Below the pieces are notes generated by a model that saw only the letters and a list, made by a program, of their open reading frames with translations, was not told the origin of the DNA and made no database searches. The position numbers were made by a program, and so were the translations under genes. A stretch of 7,268 bases of DNA from Paraspadella gotoi. Taxonomy: Eukaryota > Animalia > Chaetognatha. The stretch's first letter is position 1. Every line of letters starts with the position of its first letter. This document shows positions 1-7,242 of this stretch, piece by piece. The DNA is taken from contig JBJCIZ010001366.1 of NCBI GenBank assembly GCA_051294375.1, positions 1 through 7,268 of the forward strand, given 5' to 3'.

Positions 1-192
1 AAAAGAGATGATGAACTCATAATCTTTAGCTCTACGAGAACCCTGGTTAAATATTTCCGTGTTTCAAAGTTTCCCAAAAATCGGTGGCTCTTTTTGCCTA
101 AAAAGTTTACTATATGTCTGAGTGAAGACTTACCTTATTGTAGAGAAAGTAAAATTATATTAGTAGTCTCAAGCTTTACGAGCGTGAAGGCA
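1..192 (+). CDS. Candidate internal exon of an unknown spliced gene, 5' end outside the window (KRDDELIIFSSTRTLVKYFRVSKFPKNRWLFLPKKFTICLSEDLPYCRESKIILVVSSFTSVKA)
   Basis: Frame +1 has no stop from base 1 to TGA 217-219. There is a phase-0 donor GCA|GTTTTTT at 193, then an AT-rich intron-like stretch ending TTTTTATAG at 271. No homology recognised. Confidence 0.4.
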
Positions 193-271
193 GTTTTTTT
201 TAAATGTTTCTTTACTTGATTTAATTTTATATTAAGGTTTTTATTAATTTGTTTATATTATCTTTTTATAG

Positions 272-343
272 TCCAGCGTCAATGCCGTCATGCGTTTCTC
301 ATTCGTTCAATCCGTTCAAATGCCTTTCATGCCGTTCAATGCC
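272..343 (+). CDS. Candidate next exon, built from a degenerate 9-10-bp AATGCCGT(T)C repeat (SSVNAVMRFSFVQSVQMPFMPFNA)
   Basis: Acceptor TTTTTATAG|TCC at 271/272 is in phase 0 with the 193 donor, and there is a possible donor GCC|GTTTGT at 344. The repeat could equally be non-coding. Confidence 0.25.
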
Positions 344-410
344 GTTTGTATCTCAAATTGCTTTAGCATTTGGTTGATTAACAATGTAAATTACATGGAC
401 ATTATTCGGG

Positions 411-578
411 CTCACTCTCTCTTCTATTTCTCTCTCTCTCTCTCTCTACCTCCTCTCGTCTCTTCTTCTCTTCCTCTCTTCTCATCTCTTTGCAATTGCA
501 ACGATCCTTATAGCTACATTTTCTGGCTCTCTCTCAGTTCTCTCTCTCTCTCTCTCTCGTAGATGCTCTCGTCTCTCA
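411..578. repeat. Interrupted (CT)n / polypyrimidine microsatellite
   Basis: Pure CT runs at ~429-447 and ~540-558 within CT-rich sequence. Confidence 0.9.
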
Positions 579-589
579 TCAATAATATA

Positions 590-1085
590 ATCAAGTAAAT
601 GTAACTTATGTTTTTCCATTTAAACTCATTTCCAATGGCACAATTCCGATCAAAACTTTATATCTAGCTTTCTTCAGCTCACTTCCTCCTCAAAAATTCA
701 TCTCAATCTATTATGGTTAAATATAAGTAATAAAGAATTCATGTAAATGTGACTCATATTTTTTTCATTTAAACTCATATTCCACGTCGTACGTTTCCAC
801 CGAAACTTTATATCAACATCGTTACACATTATTCTACCACATAAAAAGCATTTTAACTCAATCATCCATGCCATTATGATTAATTTAGAGTACTTTATTG
901 GTTAAATAATTAAAAATAGTTTTAGTAATGCGGCGACTTAGTTGTTTTCCTCTTAAACTCACTACGAATTACCGGCGTCGAAACTTAGTATCCAGCTTTA
1001 TCACACAACTTTCTACCACAACGACACAAAATCTTCTTTCCAATCCAACAACCAATCACAGATTATTGGATGCTTTTGCTAAAAG
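590..1085. repeat. Three tandem core-repeat units (~150-185 bp)
   Basis: The anchor T(n)CCATTTAAACTCATTTCC...CGAAACTTTATATC recurs at ~615, ~766 and ~949. Confidence 0.85.
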
Positions 1086-1187
1086 GTGGGACGAGAATTG
1101 GACAGGATTGATTTGACATGGATTAATTAATTATGATTAGTAATTATACTTGATTAATTACTTGATTAATTATTTGATTTATTAATA
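1086..1187. repeat. Compound GGAC to TGAT/TAAT tetranucleotide tract (degenerate copy)
   Basis: Follows TTTTGCTAA, as at 4921-5030. Made of repeated GATTAATTA. Confidence 0.75.
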
Positions 1188-1404
1188 TCAATCCTGCATA
1201 TTGACAGTGTAATATAAAGAGGAAAGAAGAATCATAATCAATAGTGAAGACAGGTATTTTGTTTTTTTCCATTTAACTCATTTCACATCAAAAGATCCAT
1301 CGAATCTTGGTTTCCTGTTAATTCCGTGCGCACTACCACTTTTCTACTCAAGTACAAAATTCCAGGTCATTATCGATAATTAAGTCGGTAATAAGCTAAC
1401 TGTT

Positions 1405-1825
1405 AACTGTCGCATAAATTTAATCAACTGTGCAGGAAATATTTGGTCACCTGAAATATTGGTTAAGACTGACATTATGTCTGGCAGCATAATAGATTGG
1501 TCAACTGACATAATTTGGTCAACGTCTTACATAAATTTGATCATTAAGATAATATTGGTCAACCGCAATTTGGTCAACTCTGGCATATTTTTTTCCAACT
1601 TGCCTAAATTTGGTCAACTAGCATAATTTGGTCAACTGGCATAATTTGGTCCAACTGGCATTTTGTCTGCACAATCAAGACAGGCATAATTTTGGTCAAC
1701 ATTGGCAATATTGGATCAACATTGCAGAATTGTCACCAATTGACAAGCTGCTATTATTTGGTCAGAGCTTAAGACTTTGGTTCAACTGGCATATTTTTGT
1801 CATTGCATAATTTGTGGTCAATCAA
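1405..1825. repeat. Degenerate 18-bp minisatellite, consensus TGGTCAACTGGCATAATT, roughly 20 units
   Basis: Clean 18-bp period at 1611, 1629 and 1647. The TTGGTCAAC core recurs throughout (e.g. ~1497, 1515, 1556, 1570, 1692). Confidence 0.9.
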
Positions 1826-1857
1826 TCAATAATTCATAATCAATCATATCAACAATC

Positions 1858-1878
1858 AGAGAGAGATAGAGAGAGAGA
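1858..1878. repeat. (GA)n microsatellite
   Basis: AGAGAGAGATAGAGAGAGAGA. Confidence 0.85.
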
Positions 1879-1889
1879 AACTTCTTAAA

Positions 1890-2232
1890 AAAATTCAAAT
1901 AAATGTGTCTTTTGTTATTCCTAATTTGAACTCTTTTCCACTCCTACGATTTAATATCCAGCTTTATCACATACTATTCCTACCACCACAACCACAAAAT
2001 TCCATTTCGATTTATATCTATCCATTTTTAATAAACATAATAATTATGAGTAAATTTAAGTAAAAATACTTCAAGTAAATATGACTTTTGTTTTTTTTCC
2101 ATTTTAACTCATTTCCCTCGCACGATTCCATCGAAACTTATACTCCAGCTCAATCACCAACCTTCCCTACCATCATACAAAATTTAACCAATCCATCCTC
2201 CAATGCACGAGTAATTGGAGTTTTTTGCTAAG
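1890..2232. repeat. Two tandem core-repeat units (~180 bp)
   Basis: Anchors at ~1919 and ~2099. The second unit ends CACGAGTAATTGGAGTTTTTTGCTAAGG, as at ~5690-5716. Confidence 0.85.
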
Positions 2233-2235
2233 GGG

Positions 2236-2309
2236 GGACGGACAGGACGGGACGGACGACGGACGGACGGACGGACGGACGGACGGACGGTCCAGACGGA
2301 CGGACGGAC
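2236..2309. repeat. (GGAC)n / (GTCC)n microsatellite
   Basis: Direct GGACGGAC... run. It accounts for the VRPSVRPS pseudo-ORFs. Confidence 0.95.
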
Positions 2310-2418
2310 ATCGTTTTTTTTGCATAATTTATCATAATTCGATGTTCTGACATGATATAAGTGTGTGCCCCGACAATATTGAGGGGGCGGACCGACGGAC
2401 CGACAAAGTGAGTTATAG

Positions 2419-2450
2419 AGTCGGGATCTGCTGATAAGCAGAATCCGACT
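2419..2450. other. Terminal inverted-repeat hairpin of the element (14-bp arms, 4-nt loop)
   Basis: AGTCGGGATCTGCT-GATA-AGCAGAATCCGACT, 12 of 14 positions complementary, followed by AAAAA. Confidence 0.85.
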
Positions 2451-2776
2451 AAAAATTTCAAAAGAGGCTTTTCTTAATTTTGATTGCAGATTTGAATTCC
2501 TGTCAAAAAGTTGATAAAAGAAAATATAAATCATTTTTAAAAATTTTTCATTAAATGTGGTAAAAATTAAAAAACTATATTTATTAATAAAGAGTTAATT
2601 TTTAGTTTAAAAATATGTAGCTTTTTCTAATTTTTGACCCCACTTAATGAAGGAATTTTTTAAAAAAAAGAGTTATATTTCTTTTTCTTCACTTTTTATG
2701 ACGAATCCAAATCTGAAAAATATCTTATAAAAACTGTTTTGAAATTTTAACATTTATTGGTTAGTACTAGTATAAT

Positions 2777-4360
2777 ATGGCTACTCGGTAAATTGAAAAT
2801 TTTATTATAAATTTTTTATTACATAAATGTTCATTAGTATAGGCAGGTGAATTTTGATTCGGGTATTTTCAACAATGAATTGGAACTTAATAACTATTTA
2901 TTTCTTTTTTCCCAACTGATAAATATGAAAACACTCTTTATTTAAAAAAACGGTTGGCTATAGTTAATTCTCCTTATGACATAGAACTTACTGGGATTTC
3001 TATGCTTTCAAAATATGGTAAGACATGATTTCTTTCACGTCAATCATTCAAATTCGATATCTGCCATAATTATAAGATGAAACTGTAAACGATTTTTATG
3101 GTAAGAACAACTTTTAAAGATTAAATTGCTCGTCAGATCTATCGCGTTTTTTAGATATACTACTGCTTAGGCAAATAAGGCACACTAATATTTTAAAACT
3201 TTTTCCCTTTTTTTTCCAAGTATTTTTTCCTCTTTAACCTTCTTGCTGTCTCTCTCTTTTTCTCCTCTTTCTCTCTGTCTTTTCTCTCTTTCTCTCTGTC
3301 TTTCTCTCCCTTTCTCCTACTTTTCTGTCCTCTATTTTTTGTGTCATCCCTTCATTTCTTCCTTAACCTTTATTTCCCTTCCTCTCATCTCTCTGTTTTT
3401 TCTCTCCCCTCTCTGATTCTCTTCTTCCCTGCTTCTCATCTCTTCTTTTCTCTCAATTGTTCTGGTTTTCCCCCCTCTCCCATATATTAATTTCTTTCCA
3501 CTTTTCTCCTCTCCCTTCAATTTATTTTCACCCATTCTCTCTCTTTCTCTCATCTTTTTCTCATTCTCACTCATTTTTGAATTCATATCATACTGGATGT
3601 ATGAAATCTTTAAAATGTAATGTAAGAAAAAAAATCTAGGGTATTGTATGATTTTAGTGGAAGTTTGGTTGCCAAGCAGATTTAAGAAAAATCGACAGAT
3701 TTTTGCGGAAATTTTTTCCGCAAAAACCTGTCGATTGAGAGAAATAATTTGCTGACGCCTTCTCCTTTTCAATAAAGAAGGCGGTTTTTTTTTAATTCAT
3801 CAACTTTAGTGTGTTTCTCATCTATTAACAACTATAAATAAGTCAAAAAATCTGAGCTTTAGTTCAAATAAACGCACCTCAACAATCCTCAACAAATAAA
3901 AAGTAGGCTTAAAATTTTTTTTTGCAGCTAAAGTAATTAAATATTTTGCCCTAATTTTTTAGGTACAGAGCACCAACAATAGGGAATATTTGATTAGAAT
4001 TGTGGGACAATTTTGAAGTATTTTCGTTTAAAACAAATTATAATAAATGTAAAAATGTAAGTTTTTGACTAGTCAATTTAAAATTAAGTTCAAAAGCAAA
4101 CAATAAATGACTAATAGGCAAATGAACCAAACTCAGAGGTAAAGAAAGATAAGAAGGACCCAAATCCGGAGTTAAAAATTTTTTCATCAATGATCTTGGC
4201 GTTCAATCTCAGACAAAAGTCAAAATGGACAAAAATGGACATGATTTTTTTTTTATTAAAAGTAGCAAAAATGATATTTGATTCTTGGTTAGAAAATGCG
4301 GCAGATGATTTTAAATTAATCCGTAGTCTCGCCAAATTTGTCTTAGAGTTAAAAATTTAA
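2777..4360 (+). CDS. Candidate 7-exon gene, hypothetical protein of ~220 aa, frameshifted in this sequence (assembly indel errors or pseudogene)
   Basis: Exons 2777-2787, 2843-3017, 3077-3100, 3155-3170, 3640-3783, 3963-4017 and 4118-4360. The first three introns are 55, 59 and 54 nt with GTAAAT/GTAAGA/GTAAGA donors, and the last exon is an 80-codon stop-free frame. The model needs indel corrections at T-runs ~2905, 3683, 3750 and 4011 plus a GC donor at 3171. The true start may lie upstream. Confidence 0.5.
3195..3575. repeat. Long polypyrimidine (CT-rich) low-complexity tract
   Basis: Almost entirely C/T on the + strand, with a short ~20-bp tandem TTTCTCTCTGTCTTTTCTCTC at ~3268-3308. Lies inside proposed intron 4. 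Confidence 0.9.
3690..3736. repeat. Near-perfect inverted repeat, 22-bp arms, 3-nt loop
   Basis: AATCGACAGATTTTTGCGGAAA-TTT-TTTCCGCAAAAACCTGTCGATT, 21 of 22 positions complementary. Confidence 0.95.
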
Positions 4361-4935
4361 TCATTTTTGTTGGTAATATTCTAACAATATTGAAAAAAGT
4401 GTTTTTTTTCCTAAATTCCTCGATGAAGATGCACTGCCTTTAATGTTGTTCGTTCCTCACTTTTAGAATTTTAATTAAGGTTAAATTTAAAAAATTTACT
4501 ACGCCTTATTCTTCACTCACTTTCCTACTGGCTCACAAAATTTCATCTCAATCTATCATGGGTTAAAATAACTAAAAAGATTTAAGTAAATGTGACTCAT
4601 ATTTTTTTCATTTAAACTCATTTCCACTCGTACGTTTCCACTGAACTTTATATCAATCAAGCTTCGTCACAGCATTTTCCTACCCTCACAACAAAATGTC
4701 AACTCAATCTATCCATCCATTATGATTAATTAGAGTATTATTAGGTTAAAATAAGTAAAAAGATTTTAGTAAATTTCGACTTATGTTTTTTCCATTTAAA
4801 CTAATTTTCCACTCACACGATTCCATCGAAACTTTATATCCAGCTTTATCACACACTTTCCTACTCTGCACACCATCAAAATTTATTCCAATCCAACCAG
4901 CCATCACGAGTTATTGGAGCTTTTTGCTAAGATGG

Positions 4936-5030
4936 GGACGGATGGACGGATTGATTGACTAATTAATTAATTATTGATTAATTTATTTACTAATTGATTA
5001 ATTAACTTTGATAATTATTTGATTTATTAA
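4936..5030. repeat. Compound tetranucleotide microsatellite GGAC/GGAT/TGAT/TAAT
   Basis: Reads ggac ggat ggac ggat tgat tgac taat taat taat... in 4-bp phase. Confidence 0.85.
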
Positions 5031-5037
5031 TACCATA

Positions 5038-5349
5038 GTGAGATCTGATTATTATTATTAGTAAGAAATTAAATAAAATCGCCGGCCCGATTCTTTAAAA
5101 ATTCCAATGCCCGCTAAGAAATATTTTGCTTCCCTCTGTTCAAACGCCGGGCGCAAAACGTTACCTTATTTTGGAAGTATTTTTAGAATTGTTTACTTTA
5201 CAAATGTAAACCAAATTTCTCTCTCTCCGCCGTTTAAAAATGAATGCACTTTGTACAATTAGCCATTCGATACCATTCGCTTTTCTGATTTTTAATAAAT
5301 CGATTCATCTCATTTTGGTTCGCCATTTTTATCTTCGACAACCTCCATA
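5038..5349. mobile_element. ~310-bp segment present only in copy 2 (possible nested insertion)
   Basis: Copy 1 runs TTATTAATATCA-ATCCTGCATA directly. Copy 2 has this extra block between the same anchors, flanked by CCATA at 5033-5037 and 5345-5349. No convincing TIRs. Confidence 0.45.
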
Positions 5350-5719
5350 CATCCTGCATATACATTTAATATAACAGGAAAAAGAAGCATAATCAATTAG
5401 TAAAACAGGTTTTTGTTTTTTTCCATTTAAACTCATTTTCCACTCAAACTATTTCCATCGAAACTTGATTTCCTGTTCAATCACACACTTATCCTAACCA
5501 CAACAGGAGATTCCAGGTATATCACCCATCCACTCATGAGCAATTGGTGTTCATAGTGAATATATTTTTTTTGTTTTTTTCATTTAAACTCATTTCCACT
5601 CGGACGATTCCATCAAAACTTCATATCCAGCTCAATCACACACTTAACCTATCCTCACACAAAATTCTTAATATATATCATCATCCAATCACGAGTAATT
5701 GGTGTTTTTGCTAAGGTGA

Positions 5720-5802
5720 GACGGACGGACGGACGGACGGACGCAGAGAGACGGACGGACGGATGACTGACTGACGGACGGACAGGCGGACGACGGACGG
5801 AC
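5720..5802. repeat. (GGAC)n microsatellite with GAGA/TGAC variants
   Basis: Direct observation; occupies the same position in the element as 2236-2309. Confidence 0.95.
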
Positions 5803-5922
5803 CATCAATTTTTTTTTGCATAATTTATCATAATTCGATGTTCTGACATGATATAAGTGTGTGCTGCCGACATATTGAGGGGGCGGACCGACGGACCGAC
5901 AAAGTGAGTTATAGAGTCGACT

Positions 5923-5976
5923 AAAAAAAAGCAATAATCAAATAGTGAAACAGTTTTTGTTTTTTTCCATTAAACT
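5923..5976. repeat. Truncated fragment of a further core unit
   Basis: AAAAAAAAGCAATAATCAAATAGTGAAACAGTTTTTGTTTTTTTCCATTAAACT resembles 5379-5433 and 1223-1278. Confidence 0.75.
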
Positions 5977-6146
5977 AAGGCACTTTTTTAACATCGATGC
6001 CCCTTGCTGGGGCTCCTGAAGCAGGGACTAAAACACTGCCACAAACTTATCTCTCTTTTGCTGTTTTGCATCGTCGCCTTTGAATCGCTTTATGCGTCAC
6101 TCCTTTCGTCGTCGCTCTCACCGTTGCAACTGCTTCCAGTGCTTCC

Positions 6147-6404
6147 TCCATCGTTCAAATTATCGTTGTCGTTTCTGTCGATCTCGATCCTGACCGATGA
6201 GTCACCCAGCAAGCCAGAATTTTTTGGTTGTCAAAGTTGCGTAGGGAAAGACAACCCTAGTCCCTAACCTTAATCCCTAACCCTAATCCCTAACCCTAAT
6301 ATCTATCCCTTAAACTACCCTTATCCCTAACCGAAACCCTAAACAATTAATCCATCGTTCAAATTATCGCCGTTTTTGTCGCTCCCGATCCTGACTCTGA
6401 GTCA
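6147..6404. repeat. Pair of ~55-bp direct repeats (6147-6204, 6351-6404)
   Basis: Both begin with an identical 19-mer TCCATCGTTCAAATTATCG and share GTTT.TGTCG, CGATCCTGAC and TGAGTCA. Confidence 0.9.
6255..6343. repeat. Interstitial telomere-like (CCCTAA)n tract with a 13-bp higher-order unit TCCCTAACCCTAA
   Basis: ccctag t ccctaa ccttaa t ccctaa ccctaa t ccctaa ccctaa t, then degenerate copies to 6343. Confidence 0.85.
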
Positions 6405-7242
6405 AGAGAAAGAGAGCGAGAGAGATTCGCTGCTCCGTCAGACGGCAAGGAGGCATTGAAGAGCATTTCGCCGGTAAGGATTGGAAAATGAATTTAGTTA
6501 AGTGCTTTCTAACTACAGCCAATGGCTTTTTACATTGTTTATTATTTTTCCCTTTGTATTGAGTGGGCCAATCAGCTTTGGGTGTAAGTGACAACACTTT
6601 TAATTGATCCTTTGTTTGAAAAAAAGGGGCTCCATTAAGAAGTACTTGATTAATCATTATGAAACTTACCCAAAACTTTTATCTTATCCTCCTTCATTGA
6701 TTAAAGCTATATTAGAAATAATAAAAACATATTTTGAACATATGGCATATCTTTAAAAAATTTGTACAGGAAGTATCCTCCAGGATGTGGATACACTTAT
6801 ATTTTAAAAAACAAATTATTTAATTAGTTGAAGGTTTCATAGATGAGTAAAATCATATAAAAACCTTTTATAGTACTATCCAAACTCAAAAGATATATTC
6901 ATTAATGTAATGACTACCACCTTCTCCAGCATGTTGTGAATGCTGTAGTAAAGCCTCAAGAGGTAATTAGGATTTAAAATTTTACTTCAATTACCCTCAT
7001 ACATTTCTTTAACTAATTGAATAGGGTGGATGCTAAAATCTCTTTTGGACACAATAGAATATGAAGTAAAAGGTGTGCCAAAAATCCTTCAAGAGAGGGT
7101 AGCACCGTCAGGGATCAACATATCATCAACGGAATGGACCTATAAACGGACTTGGTTTCCTTCACGACCATCATTCAAGAATGCCGACGAATCACACGCC
7201 ACCCCTTCCCCTTCCAACTACGATGCTCCGATCCCCCAATGA
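6351..7242 (+). pseudogene. Fragmentary spliced gene or pseudogene, unknown product
   Basis: Intron-like 6474-6518 (GTAAGG...CTACAG, 45 nt) joins ...KEALKSISP to PMAFYIVYYFSLCIEWANQLW. There is a donor GTAAGT at 6584. Intron-like 6963-7024 (GTAATT...AATAG, 62 nt) joins ...CCECCSKASR to GWMLKSLLDT..., the 7030-7242 ORF. The middle exons could not be resolved. Confidence 0.33.

Larger units (their letters stand above)
590..2455 (-). mobile_element. Composite non-autonomous element, Helentron/DINE-1 (HINE)-like, copy 1
   Basis: The minus strand reads TTTTT-AGTCGGATTCTGCT-TATC-AGCAGATCCCGACT-CTATAACTCACTTTGTCGGTCCGTCGGTCCG, then a conserved head, a (GTCC)n microsatellite and six core repeats. 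This order matches the known DINE-1/HINE architecture. It is colinear with 4505-5930. The left end is not defined because no 3' subTIR/hairpin was found. Confidence 0.6.
4505..5930 (-). mobile_element. Composite non-autonomous element, Helentron/DINE-1 (HINE)-like, copy 2
   Basis: 4510-5035 aligns by eye with ~670-1190, 5351-5520 with 1191-1370, and 5570-5919 with 2085-2423. Core anchors at ~4609, 4792, 5423 and 5581. Ends at AGTCGACT-A8. Confidence 0.6.

Noticed and set aside
290-562. 90-aa ORF with an SL-repeat tail
   Set aside because: The C-terminal half is translated (CT)n. Only 272-343 is kept as a weak exon candidate.
590-1085. Core repeats as a CRISPR-like repeat-spacer array
   Set aside because: The sequences between anchors are homologous to each other, so these are diverged tandem units and not unique spacers.
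1405-1825. Possible CRISPR array; ORF 1628-1810
   Set aside because: Head-to-tail 18-bp units with no unique spacers, no cas genes and a eukaryotic context. The ORF results from the 6-codon period.
2184-2534. Minus-strand ORFs of 116 and 77 aa (also 5689-5934)
   Set aside because: The VRPS repeats are translations of (GTCC)n. Similarity between the ORFs only reflects the duplicated non-coding head, and frames are not preserved between copies.
3344-3772. 142-aa minus-strand E/R/K-rich ORF and the 3457-3639 ORF
   Set aside because: Both arise from the stop-poor CT/GA low-complexity tract.
3756-3793. Rho-independent terminator-like hairpin (CGCCTTCT/AGAAGGCG plus T-run)
   Set aside because: The context is eukaryotic, and the T-run is better explained as a GTTTTT splice donor at 3784. 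No matching element 5' end was found to call it a Helentron 3' hairpin.
4111-4335. 74-aa minus-strand ORF
   Set aside because: It is the antisense shadow of the longer + strand open exon 4118-4360, which has a splice acceptor.
5038-5344. Terminal inverted repeats for the copy-2 insert (MITE call)
   Set aside because: The ends GTGAGATCTG and reverse-complement AGGTTGTCGA do not match convincingly.
6004-6657. ORFs 6004-6267 (+) and 6364-6657 (-)
   Set aside because: The first has a non-ATG start and ends in the CCCTAA tract. The second lies antisense to + strand splice signals. Neither has a recognisable domain.
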